A stretch of DNA of 64,000 nucleotides from Mobula hypostoma. Taxonomy: Eukaryota. Positions 25,775 through 38,707 of the stretch are shown here, one piece after another. The notes under the pieces are model-generated. The model did no database searches. It was not told the origin of the DNA and was given only the letters and a program-made list of their open reading frames with translations. Where the stretch lies: positions 203,300,001 to 203,364,000 of the forward strand of contig NC_086100.1 of the NCBI RefSeq assembly GCF_963921235.1, read 5' to 3'. The position numbers and the translations under genes were made by a program. The stretch's first letter is position 1. Each line of letters starts with the position of its first letter.

Positions 25775-28110
25775 CCATAGAAACCACAGAAACTACAGCA
25801 CAGAAACAGGCCTTTTGGCCCTTCTTGGCTGTGCCGAACCATTTTCTGCCTAGTCCCACTGACCTGCACACGGACCATATCCCTCCATACACCTGCCATC
25901 CATGTATCTGTCCAATTTATTCTTAAATGTTAAAAAAGAACCCGCATTTACCACCTCGTCTGGCAGTTCATTCCATACTCCCACCACTCTCTGTGTGAAG
26001 AAGCCCCCTCTAATGTTCCCTTTAAACTTTTCCCCCCTCACCCTTAACCCATGTCCTCTGGTTTTTTTCTCCCCTTGCCTCAGTGGAAAAAGCCTGCTTG
26101 CATTCACTCTATCTATACCCGTCATGATTTTATATACCTCTATCAAATCTCCCCTCATTCTTCTACGATCCAGGGAATAAACATAGAAACATAGAAACAT
26201 AGAAAATAGGTGCAGGAGTAGGCCATTCGGCCCTTCGAGCCTGCACCGCCATTTATTATGATCATGGTTGATCATCCAACTCAGAACCCAGCCTTCCCTC
26301 CATACCCCCTGACCCCTGTAGCCACAAGGGCCATATCTAACTTCCTTTTAAACATAGCTAATGAACTGGCCTCAACAGTTTGCTGTGGCAGAGAATTCCA
26401 CAGATTCACCACTCTCTGTGTGAAGAAGTTTTTCCTAATCTCGGTCCTAAAAGGCTTCCCCTCTATCCTCAAACTGTGACCCCTCGTTCTGGACCTCCCC
26501 AACATCGGGAACAATCTTCCCGCATCTAGCCTGTCCAATCCCTTTAGGATCTTATACGTTTCAATCAGATCCCCCCTCAATCTTCTAAATTCCAACGAGT
26601 ACAAGCCCAGTTCATCCAGTCTTTCTTCATATGAAAGACCTGCCATCCCAGGAATCAATCTGGTGAACCTTCTTTGTACTCCCTCTATGGCAAAGATGTC
26701 TTTCCTCAGATTAGGGGACCAAAACTGCACACAATACTCCAGGTGTGGTCTCACCAAGGCCTTGTACAACTGCAGTAGTACCTCCCTGCTCCTGTACTCG
26801 AATCCTCTCGCTATAAATGCCAGCATACCGTTCGCCTTTTTCACCGCCTGCTGTACCTGCATGCCCACTTTCAATGACTGGTGTATAATGACACCCAGGT
26901 CTCGTTGCACCTCCCCTTTTCCTAATCGGCCACCATTCAGATAATAATCTGTTTTCCTATTTTTGCCACCAAAGTGGATAACTTCACATTTATCCACATT
27001 AAATTGCATCTGCCATCAGTTTGCCCACTCACCCAACCTATCCAAGTCACCCTGCATCCTCTTAGCATCCTCCTCACTGCTAACACTGCCACCCAGCTTC
27101 GTGTCATCCGCAAACTTGGAGATGCTGCATTTAATTCCCTCATCCAAGTCATTAATATATATTGTAAACAACTGGGGTCCCAGCACTGAGCCTTGCGGTA
27201 CCCCACTAGTCACCGCCTGCCATTCTGAAAAGGTCCCGTTTATTCCCACTCTTTGCTTCCTGTCTGCTAACCAATTCTCCACCCACACCAATACCTTACC
27301 CCCAATACCGTGCGCTAAAGTTTGCACACTAATCTCCTGTGTGGGACCTTGTCAAAAGCCTTTTGAAAATCCAAATATACCACATCCACTGGTTCTCCCC
27401 TATCCACTCTACTAGTTACATCCTCAAAAAATTCTATCAGATTCGTCAGACATGATTTTCCTTTCACAAATCCATGCTGACTTTGTCCGATCATTTCACC
27501 GCTTTCCAAATGTGCTGTTATCACATCCTTGATAACTGACTCCAGCAGTTTCCCCACCACCGACGTTAGGCTAACGGGCCTATAATTCCCCGGTTTCTCT
27601 CTCCCTCCTTTTTTAAAAAGTGGGGTTACATTAGCCACCCTCCAATCCTCAGGAACTAGTCCAGAATCTAACGAGTTTTGAAAAATTATCACTAATGCAT
27701 CCACTATTTCTTGGGCTACAACTTCCTTAAGTACTCTGGGATGCAGACCATCTGGCCCTGGGGATTTATCTGCCTTAAAGTCCTAACCTATTCAACCTTT
27801 CTCTGTAACTGAGTTTCTCAAGTCTTGGCATCAACCTTGTAAACTTTCTCTGCACCCTTTCAACCTTATTTATATCCTTCCTGTAATTTGGTGACCAAAA
27901 CTGAACACAATACTCCAGATTCGGCCTCACCAATGCCTTATACAACCTCATCATAACATTCCAGCTCTTATACTCAATACTTCGATTAATAAAGGCCAAT
28001 GTACCAAAAGCTCTCTTTACGACCCATCTACCTGTGACGCCACTTTTAGGGAATTTTGTATCTGTATTCCCAGATCCCTCGATTCCACTGCACTCCTCAG
28101 TCCCTTACCC
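25775..28110 (-). mobile_element. CR1 3' fragment of another family, split by family C
   Basis: ORFs 25850..26275 and 27775..27999 join across the insert (ccagggaa-taaa-gtcctaacc). Confidence 0.88.
26180..27775 (-). mobile_element. CR1 family C nested copy, GGKAGF subfamily, RT stop codon
   Basis: RT ORFs 26281..27704; short TAAA duplication/microhomology at the junctions. Confidence 0.95.
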
Positions 28111-28774
28111 CATTAAACTATGGTATAATCAACAAACGGCACACGAAATATGAACGAATAATTGACAGCTTTAGTTTACACACTCGGCCAGTATAATTGG
28201 TGTCGCACGTTATCTGCACAGGAAATAATTGAAATTAAACCTTTTCTTCATTCAATTTTTCGGCGGTTTTCCGAACTTTTACTCTATCAGTGTACAGATA
28301 CACGTGTTGGTCCACAGGCTCATTTACAACAGCTGTTGCAGGGCATATGCCAGATCACAGAAAATACGACCCAAGGGCGGTGAAATCGGTTAATAGAGCG
28401 AACAACAAAATCGCGATCGCGACAGTCGCTTGCTCTTGGTACAGCAGCGCCGCAGCCTTTGTGAACGAAATGGCGACATAACAATAGAAAGTGAAGCCCA
28501 GTCAGTCAAGCAGACAAAACGCATACTGTAATTATAAAACCCGGTTCCAGTGTCTGAAAGGAGTGCAGTTGGATTAATCAGCAGGAAGTTTGCCTAATTG
28601 TGGATGTAATTATTCAGTTACAAATAAGCAACGAAGAAAATTACCATGGTATGTATTTTTTTACAAGTTCCATCTGGGAAGCGTGATGCATTTCGAAAGA
28701 CCACATGTTCCCCGAAGCGGAATCTCCATCGCTGTATAATTAGTCACAAACAAAAATTATTCCAACAGCTTCAT

Positions 28775-30953
28775 AAGCTAAGATAGACTGGCAAATGACA
28801 CTTAAAGGATTGACGGTGGATATGCAATGGCAAGCATTTAAAGGTTGTATGGATGAACTACAACAATTGTTCATCCCAGCAAAAGAATAAATCAAGGAAG
28901 GTAGTGCACCCGTGGCTGACAAGAAAAATTAGGGATAGTATCAATTCCAAAGAAGAAGCATACAAATTAGCCAGAGAAAGTGGCTCACCTGAGGACTGGC
29001 AGAAATTCAGAGTTCAGCAGAGGAGGACAAAGGGCTTAATTAGGAAGGGGAAAAAAGATTATGAGAGAAAACTGGCAGGGAACATAAAAACGGACTGTAA
29101 AAGCTTTTATAGATATGTAAAAAGGAAAAGACTGGTAAAGACAAATGTAGGTCCCCTGCAGACAGAAACAGGTGAATTGATTATGGGGAGCAAGGACATG
29201 GCAGACCAATTGAATAATTACTTTGGTTCTGTCTTCACTAAGGAGGACATAAATAATCTTCCAGAAATAGTAAGGGACAGAGGGTCCAGTGAGATGGAGG
29301 AACTGAGCGAAATACATGTTGGTAGGGAAGTGGTGTTAGGTTAATTGAAGGGATTAAAGGCAGATAAATCCCCAGGGCCAGATGGTCTGCATCCTAGAGT
29401 GCTTAATGAAATAGCCCAAGAAATAGTGGATGCATTAGTGATAATTTTTCAAAACTCGTTAGATTCTGGACTAGTTCCTGAGGATTGGAGGGTGGCTAAT
29501 GTAACCCCACTTTTTAAAAAAGGAGGGAGAGAGAAACCGGGGAATTATAGACCGGTTAGCCTAACGTCGGTGGTGGGGAAACTGCTGGAGTCAGTTATCA
29601 AGGATGTGATAACAGCACATTTGGAAAGCGGTGAAATGATCGGACAAAGTCAGCATGGATTTGTGAAAGGAAAATCATGTCTGACGAATCTGATAGAATT
29701 TTTTGAGGATGTAACTAGTAGAGTGGATAGGGGAGAACCAGTGGATGTGGTATATTTGGATTTTCAAAAGGCTTTTAACAAGGTCCCACACAGGAGATTA
29801 GTGTGCAAACTTAAAGCACACTGTATTGGGGGTAAGGTATTGGTGTGGGTGGAGAATTGGTTAGCAGACAGGAAGCAAAGAGTGGGAATAAACGGGACCT
29901 TTTCAGAATGGCAGGCGGTGACTGGTGGGGTACCGCAAGGCTCAGTGCTGGGACCCCAGTTGTTTACAATATATATTAATGACTTGGATGAGGGAATTAA
30001 ATGCAGCATCTCCAAGTTTGCGGATGACACGAAGCTGGGTGGCAGTGTTAGCAGTGAGGAGGATGCTAAGAGGATGCAGGGTGACTTGAATAGGTTGGGT
30101 GAGTGGGCAAATTCATGGCAGATGCAATTTAATGTGGATAAATGTGAAGTTATCCACTTTGGTGGCAAAAATAGGAAAACAGATTATTATCTGAATGGTG
30201 GCCGATTAGGAAAAGGGGAGCTGCAACGAGACCTGGGTGTCATTATACACCAGTCATTGAAAGTGGGCATGCAGGTACAGCAGGCGGTGAAAAAGGCGAA
30301 TGGTATGCTGGCTTTTATAGCGAGAGGATTCGAGTGCAGGAGCAGGGAGGTACTACTGCAGTTGTACAAGGCCTTGGTGAGACCACACCTGGAGTATTGT
30401 GTGCAGTTTTGGTCCCCTAATCTGTGGAAAGATACCTTTGCCATAGAGGGAGTACAAAGAAGGTTCACCAGATTGATTCCTGGGATGGCAGGACTTTCAT
30501 ATGAAGAAAGACTGGATGAATTGGGCTTGTACTCGTTGGAATTTAGAAGATTGAGGGGGGATCTGATTGAAACGTATAAGATCCTAAAGGGATTGGACAG
30601 GCTAGATGCAGCCAGATTGTTCCCGATGTTGTGGAGGTCCAGAACGAGGGGTCACAGTTTGAGGATAGAGGGGAAGCCTTTTAGGACCGAGATTAGGAAA
30701 GACTTCTTCACACAGAGAGTGGTGAATCTGTGGAATTCTCTGCCACAGGAAACTGTTGAGGCCAGTTCATTGGCTATATTTAAGAGGGAGTTAGATATGG
30801 CCCTTGTGGCTATGGGGGTCAGGGGGTATGGAGGGAAGGCTGGGGCGGGGTTCTGAGTTGGATGATCAGCCATGATCATAATAAATGGTGGTGCAGGCTC
30901 GAAGGGCCGAATGGCCTACTCCTGCACCTATTTTCTATGTTTCTATGTTTCTA
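28775..30953 (+). mobile_element. CR1 family C, 5'-truncated; RT region open over 503 codons
   Basis: ORF 29345..30856 with all RT motifs; tail repeat. Confidence 0.95.
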
Positions 30954-31349
30954 TAACTGCTCCATTGGAGTTCGGAGGTCCACTGTTCCGGACAGAAAGT
31001 TCCAGTTCTTACGGATTTCTATTGTAAGTGGCTAGCTTTGAACTTTGTGTTGGATCATTGATAATTGTTACTTAAAATGAATCGTTCCTTTGGGAATAAA
31101 ATGCTTGGCACATACGTAGGATCCTGGAATGAAAATTTGTACTTGTAAAGCAACTCCAGAGGGGAAGGCTTGACGTTTTTCACGCTATTGTTGATAACAA
31201 AGAGGCATTTGGACAGATATAAAAGAAACGTTTGCTGATGTGAGATAGGAGTACCTAATTGATCAACTTCAGCTGGGAAGTTCAGCGAAAGAGCTGCCAC
31301 GTTGCTGTTGTGAAACCCCAAGTTCTTCTCAAGGCTCAGCCTCTGTCAT

Positions 31350-34300
31350 TTTTCGTTTTTTTTTTCTCCAACGGCTTTCTGAGAGGCGGGACTGCGCAGG
31401 CGTGTGACGTCGGGCAGTGCAGCGCGGCAGATTTAAAAGGAACAAAGCCTCATAGAGCGCGCAGCGTAGTTTGCGGGCTGCGGACTGAGCCGGGAGCAGA
31501 GTGAAGGCTTAAGGGCTTCGGCTCATCGGGCTTAGGCGGAAGCGGGCGAGGCGAGGAAGGTTTGACATTCATTTTCTGTTGCTATTTGAGGAGAGGGGCA
31601 TTATGACTGTGAGGGCAGTTTGCTGTTCTCGGTGTCGGATGTGGGAGGCCCTGGAGTCTCCAAGCCTCCCGGACGTCTACATCTGCGCCAAATGCATCGA
31701 GATGCAGCTCCTAAGGGACCGCGTTACGGAACTGGAGCTGCAGCTCGATGACCTTCGTCTGGTCAGGGAGAGCGAAGAGGTGATAGAGAGGAGTGGAAGG
31801 CAGGTGGTCACGCCGGGGCCACGGGAGGCAGACAAGTGGGTCACGGTTAGCAGGGGGAAGGGGAAAAGTCAGGTGATGGGGAGTACCCCGGTGGCTGTGC
31901 CCCTTAACAACAGGTACTCCTGTTTGAGTACTGTTGGGGGGGGGACAGCTTACCCGGGGGAAGCGACAGTGGCCGTGCCTCCGGCACAGAGTCTGGCCCT
32001 GTAGCTCAGAAGGGTAGGGCAAGGAAGAGGAGGGCAGTTGTGATAGGGGACTCGATAGTAAGGGGGTCAGATAGGCGATTCTTTGGACGCAGTCCAGAGA
32101 CCCGGATGGTAGTTTGCCTCCCTGGTGCCAGGGTCCGGGATATTTCTGATCGTGTCCAAGATATCCTGAAGTGGAAGGGTGGGGAGCCAGAGGTCGTGGT
32201 ACATATAGGTACCAATGACATAGGTAGGAAAAGGGATGAGTTCCTGAAAGGAGAATATAGGGAGCTAGGAAGGGAGTTGAGAAAAAGGACCGCAAAGGTA
32301 GTAATCTCGGGATTACTGCCTGTGCCACGCGACAGTGAGAGTAGGAATGCGATGAGGTGGAGGATAAATGCGTGGCTGAGGGATTGGAGCAGCGGGCAGG
32401 GATTCAAGTTTTTGCATCATTGGGACGTCTTTTGGCGCAGGCGTGACCTGTACAAAAAGGACGGGTTACACTTGAATCCTAGGGGGACCAATATCCTGGC
32501 AGGGAGATTAGCGGGGGCTACTGAGCTGACTTTAAACTGGAATGGTTGGGGGGTGGGAATCAAATTAAAGACGCTAGGCGTGAGGAGGTTAGTTCACAAC
32601 AGAGGGATGGGAACCAGTGCAGAGAGACAGAGGGGTGTAAAGTGAGCCTAGAAGCAAAAAGTACAAAGGAGAAAAGTAAAAGTGGCAGGCCGACAAATCC
32701 AGGGCAAGCATTAAAAAGGGCCACTTTTCAACATAATTGTACAAGGGCTAAGAGAGTTGTAAAAGAGCGCCTGAAGGCTTTATGTGTCAATGCAAGGAGC
32801 ATTCGTAATAAGGTGGATGAATTGAAAGTGCAGATTGTTATTAATGATTATGATATAGTTGGGATCACAGAGACATGGCTCCAGGGTGACCAGGGATGGG
32901 AGCTCAACGTTCAGGGATATTCAATATTCAGGAGGGATAGACATGAAGGAAGGGGAGGTGGGGTGGCGTTGCTGGTTAAAAAAGTGTTTAACGCAATAGA
33001 AAGGAGGGACATAAGCCGGGAAGATGTGGAATCGATATGGGTAGAGCTCCGTAACACGAAGGGGCAGAAGACGCTGGTGGGAGTTGTGTACAGGCCATCT
33101 AACAGTAGTAGTGAGGTCGGAGATGGTATTAAACAGGAAATTAGAAATGTGTGCAATAAAGGAACAGCAGTTATAATGGGTGACTTCAGTCTACATGTAG
33201 ACTGGGTGAACCAAATTGGTAAAGGTGCTGAGGAAGAGGATTTCTTGGAATGTATGCGGGATGGTTTTTTGAACCAACATGTCGAGGAACCAACTAGAGA
33301 GCAGGCTATTCTGGACTGGGTTTTGAGCAATGAGGAAGGGTTAATTAGCGATCTTGTCGCGAGAGGCCTCTTGGGTAAGAGTGACCATAATATGGTGGAA
33401 TTCTTCATTAATATGGAGAGTGACATAGTTAATTCAGAAACAAAGGTTCTGAACTTAAAGAGGGGTAACTTTGAAGGTATGAGACGTGAATTAGCTAAGA
33501 TAGACTGGCAAATGACACTTAAAGGATTGACGGTGGATATGCAATGGCAAGCATTTAAAGGTTGCATGGATGAACTACAATTGTTCATCCCAGTTTGGCA
33601 AAAGAATAAATCAAGGAAGGTAGTGCACCCGTGGCTGACAGAGAAATTAGGGATAGTGTCAATTCCAAAGAAGTAGCATACAAATTAGCCAGAGAAAGTG
33701 GCTCACCTGAGGACTGGCAGAAATTCAGAGTTCAGCAGAGGAGGACAAAGGGCTTAATTAGGAAGGGGAAAAAAGATTATGAGAGAAAACTGGCAGAGAA
33801 CATAAAAACGGACTGTAAAAGCTTTTATAGATATGTAAAAAGGAAAAGACTGGTAAAGACAAATGTAGGTCCCCTGCAGACAGAAACAGGTGAATTGATT
33901 ATGGGGAGAAAGGACATGGCAGACCAATTGAATAATTACTTTGGTTCTGTCTTCACTAAGGAGGACATAAATAATCTTCCAGAAATAGTAAGGGACAGAG
34001 GGTCCAGTGAGATGGTGGAACTGAGTGAAATACATGTTAGTAGGGAAGTGGTGTTACGTAAATTGAAGGGATTGAAGGCAGATAAATCCCCAGGGCCAGA
34101 TGGTCTGCATCCTAGAGTGCTTAAGGAAGTAGCCCAAGAAATAGTGGATGCATTAGTGATAATTTTTCAAAACTCGTTAGATTCTGGACTAGTTCCTGAG
34201 GATTGGAGGGTGGCTAATGTAACCCCACTTTTTAAAAAAGGAGGGAGAGAGAAACCGGGGAATTATAGACCGGTTAGCCTAACGTCGGTGGTGGGGAAAC

Positions 34301-35670
34301 TGCTGGAGTCAGTTATCAAGGATGTGATAACAGCACATTTGGAAAGCGGTGAAATGATCGGACAAAGTCAGCATGGATTTGTGAAAGGAAAATTATGTCT
34401 GACGAATCTGATAGAATTTTTTGAGGATGTAACTAGTTGAGTGGATAGGGGAGAACCAGTGGATGTAGTATATTTGGATTTTCAAAAGGCTTTTGACAAG
34501 GTCCCACACAGGAGATTAGTGTGCAAACTTAAAGCACACGGTATTGGGGGTAAGGTATTGGTGTGGGTGGAGAATTGGTTAGCAGACAGGAAGCAAAGAG
34601 TGGGAATAAACGGGACCTTTTCAGAATGGCAGGCGGTGACTGGTGGGGTACCGCAAGGCTCAGTGCTGGGACCCCAGTTGTTTACAATATATATTAATGA
34701 CTTGGTTGAGGGAATTAAATGCAGCATCTCCAAGTTTGCGGATGACACGAAGCTGGGTGGCAGTGTTAGCAGTGAGGAGGATGCTAAGAGGATGCAGGGT
34801 GACTTGGATAGGTTGGGTGAGTGGGCAAATTCATGGCAGATGCAATTTAATGTGGATAAATGTGAAGTTATCCACTTTGGTGGCAAAAATAGGAAAACAG
34901 ATTATTATCTGAATGGTGGCCGATTAGGAAAAGGGGAGGTGCAACGAGACCTGGGTGTCATTATACACCAGTCTTTGAAAGTGGGTATGCAGGTACAGCA
35001 GGCGGTGAAAAAGGCGAATGGTATGCTGGCATTTTTGCGAGAGGATTCGAGTACAGGAGCAGGGAGGTACTACTGCAGTTGTACAAGGCCTTGGTGAGAC
35101 CATACCTGGAGTATTGTGTGCAGTTTTGGTCCGCTAATCTGAGGAAAGACATCTTTGCCATAGAGGGAGTACAAAGAAGGTTCACCAGATTGATTCCTGG
35201 GATGGCAGGACTTTCATATGAAGGAAGACTGGATGAACTGGGCTTGTACTCGTTGGAATTTAGAAGATTGAGGGGGGATCTGATTGAAACGTATAAAATC
35301 CTAAAGGGATTGGACAGGCTAGATGCAGCAAGATTGTTCCCGATGTTGGGGAAGTCCAGAACGAGGGGTCACAGTTTGAGGATAGAGGGGAAGCCTTTTA
35401 GGACCGAGATTAGGAAAAACTTCTTCACACAGAGAGTGGTGAATCTGTGGAATTCTCTGCCACAGAAAACTGTTGAGGCCAGTTCATTGGCTATGTTTAA
35501 GAGGGAGTTAGATATGGCCCTTGTGGCTACAGGGGTCAGGGGGTATGGAGGGAAGGCTGGGGCGGGGTTCTGAGTTGGATGATCAGCCATGATCATAATA
35601 AATGGCGGTGCAGGCTCGAAGGGCCGAATGGCCTACTCCTGCACCTATTTTCTATGTTTCTATGTTTCTA
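31350..35670 (+). mobile_element. Apparently full-length CR1 family C (~4.3 kb), inactivated
   Basis: CpG-rich 5' UTR; ORF1 from ATG 31603 (CxxC..CxxC, leucine zipper, SGNH blocks GDS/G/GTND/DGLH); APE and RT; tail; candidate TSD TGTCAT at 31344-31349 and 35671-35676. Lesions: frameshifts near 31940, 33640 and 35033, and a stop at 34438. Confidence 0.92.
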
Positions 35671-36054
35671 TGTCATCTTCGGAAGATGGGGGAAGGCAGA
35701 ATGATGGCACTGTTGTCATTGACTTTAGAAAACAACAGAAATACAAAGACGTTAAAAGTATTATAAATTAAAAAATAAAACCATCCCTCGTCTGAAGTGA
35801 CAGGTGAGATGGCAGTTGTGCCGGGTATCGAGGCCGCCAGTATTGGAGTGCAACTGGACAGCCAGCAGAGGATACATGCCCATCTTAACCAATGGCTGAC
35901 TAGGACATATCAGTGTCTGCAGGAAAATGCTTGTTGTGTAATAACTTGCTGAAAATCCCCTGCCTGTGTTAATTGACACCAACTGCATGGAACGAGTGCA
36001 TCTAACTCTTATAAATGCAGTGGAAATTCTACTCGGAAAATTAGTGGGACCATT

Positions 36055-36880
36055 ATAGAAACATAGAATAGCTACAGCACAATATAGGGCATTCGGCCCA
36101 CAAAGTGGTGCCAAACATGTCCCTACCTTAGAAATTGCTCGGCTTACCCATAGCCCTCTACTTTTTCGAAGCTCCGTGTACCCATCCAAAAGTCTCTTTC
36201 AAGACCCTGTCGTATCCGCCTCCACCACCGTTGCTGCAGCCCATTCCACGCACTCACCACTCTCTGAGTAAAAAACTTACCCCTGACATCTCTTCTGTAC
36301 CTGCTCCCCAGCACCTTAAACCTGTGTCCTCTTGTGTCAACCATTTCAGCTCTGGGAAAAAGCCACTGACTATCCACACGATCAATGCCTCTCATCATCT
36401 TATACACCTCTATCAGGTCACCGCTCATCCTCCGTCGCTCCAAGGAGAAAACGCCGAGTTCACTTAACCTGTTTTCAGAAGGCATGCTCCCCCGTCCAGG
36501 CAAAATCCTTGTAAATCTCCTCTGCACCCTTTCTATGGTTTCCACATCTTTCCTGTAGTGAGGCGACCAGAACTGAGCACAGTACTGCAGGTGGGGTCCG
36601 ACCGGAGTCCTATATAGCTGCAACATTACCTCCCGGCTCCTAAATTCAATTCCACGATTGATGAAGGCCAATACACTGTATGCCTACTTAACCACAGAGT
36701 CAACCAGCGCAGCTGCTTTGAGTATCCATGGATTCGGACCCCAAGATCCCTCTGATCCTCCACACTGCCAAGAGTCTTACCATTAATAATATATTCTGGT
36801 ATCATATTTGACCTACCAAAATGAACCACTTCACAATTATCTGGGTTGAACCGAAAATGAACCACTTCACACTTATCGGT
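36055..36880 (-). mobile_element. CR1 3' fragment (older family)
   Basis: ORFs 36144..36671 and 36626..36865 are RT C-terminus; tail at ~36055. Confidence 0.88.
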
Positions 36881-37299
36881 ATGTGATACGTCTGAGATGT
36901 TCCCTCAGAAATATCATATACAGCGCATTGTACAGTCAAGATAAACTGTTTTCATTCGTTTTCTTGCTGTGATGAAGTTGGTTCTTCACCTAATATTGCA
37001 AGCAATGATTAAAAATAAGTTAACTCTTTTCAATGCTGAATGTCAGAAGTATATTTCCAATTATATTTTTTCTGCTAAAATATAGCAATGCCTTGGATCA
37101 GTTATTTATTACTCTGACGCTGAACTTGAAATAGGAATGAAGAGAAAATTTTCAGAGTCAGATAAATAACTATTATTCAATATAATCGCCAAACTAAATG
37201 GCCTTTCTTAACTTATGTATCTGAAAAGGCTGTGCCTACTATTATAAATGATAATTATTTGAGGATGACCTTGGTTGTTGAAAATATATGTGAGAATAA

Positions 37300-37368
37300 G
37301 CGTTCGGCACGTACTAGAAGGGCCGAGATGGCCTGTTTCCGTGATGTAATTGTTATATGGTTATATAT
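37300..37368 (+). mobile_element. Short 3' end of CR1 family A
   Basis: Matches 2787-2856 (gttcggc..actagaag.gccgag.tggcctgttt...ttgttatatggttatat). Confidence 0.75.
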
Positions 37369-37666
37369 TATATTGGGAGGAAGTATTGCTTCACTTGAAA
37401 CGTACGAACTTCGTCAATGAGAATGAAAATTCAACATACTTAATTGAAAGTATAAATAAGCGTAATTAAACATAATTGTTATTTTCTGATTCCTCCGAGG
37501 AGCGATTTTCGGGTCATCCTGATTTATTTGTTCAGCGGGCTGTCACTGATGTGGTCAATTAGCTGGCACGGTTCATTGTCCTCTCCTGTATAAGAGTTTA
37601 GCAAGCAATCAAGTGTAGATATCCCCCGTTGGCGCATTTTGATTCAATCGCTGTTTCGCACATAAA

Positions 37667-37736
37667 ATGGGATATCCTGCAATTTTCTATATAGCGAGTA
37701 TTTACTACCCTGTATTGGCAGCGATTGGTATCCCGG
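37667..37736 (+). CDS. GPR139/GPR142-like class A GPCR, coding exon 1 (MGYPAIFYIASIYYPVLAAIGIP, phase-1 intron follows)
   Basis: ATG at 37667 in aaaATGg context, 23 codons + G, then a GTAAGT donor at 37737. Splices in frame to 38708 to give ...GIP-V-NLMAIVIL (TM1). Too short for the ORF track. Confidence 0.88.
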
Positions 37737-38707
37737 GTAAGTAATTGGCGTTGGCCTTTGCATATGTGTGTGTTCAAATTACTGTAACTGCTGTGGGAAA
37801 TCACTGTCACTGTAAAACTTGTTACAGATGGTGTCCCATCTGATGAGTACTTTAACACTGTCCAGATTAAACATGCCTTTATCTTAATTTTCGCTGGCCA
37901 TTGTTAGTCGTTTTTTTACGTCCAATTCCTTTGTCAATACCAGCATTTGATTCAATGGTAATATTGATACTTTCTTTAATTTAACTTATTTTACCTTCTA
38001 AGGCTTAAAGGGCATATATTTCTCTATATCAGATACTGCATGAAGATAGAAAGGAAATCCTTTCTAAAGATGAAACGAAAATCTTTCACGTGCTGTCGCA
38101 CTGTCTGCTGGCTCCCCGGTTTATCAGTAAAATGAAGAATGTGCTTTGCATTCGTCATGGATCAAAAGAGGACACTTTTCTAGTTACATGTCTAAATGTT
38201 TTTGAAACCGCCTCAATAACGTACAAGTATATTCAACATTGACCTTTTGACTTCTCCGGCCAGTTTTAATTTTAAGGTTCAAGTTTCAAGTTTACTTCCC
38301 TTAAAATTTAGCTTTGTGGTTCTTCTTCTCCAGTATGCTATGTCGGAAGATGCAAACCAGAATCTAGTATATACCCGCTTTAAGTACAACCTTCGACGCC
38401 CTGGGGGTTGGGGCTTTCGTCTAAAGCAGTGGATTGATAAGCCGCCGTCTGGTATCGGTGCCGTCAGCTGGAAAGTTGCGGCTGCACTGTCATAGGGGTC
38501 TGCCGCTATCCTCCCATTGAAAGGCAGATGACAGAACCTCTGGGAACTATTTTTCCACTCCTCCAATTGAAGATAGCTTGAGCCAGCACAGGGTCAAATG
38601 AATGATATTCACATAGTTCCATTCAACACATATCTACGCATATATTTTAAGAAATGATTGGTCTGGGACTTTGTGCGTGTAACTATCACTTCTTTGTTTC
38701 TTTGCAG

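Noticed and set aside
29345..30856. 503-aa RT ORF as a domesticated gene or active element
   Set aside because: 5'-truncated copy, begins at TTG right after a stop, lacks the endonuclease, and is near-identical to its sibling copies.
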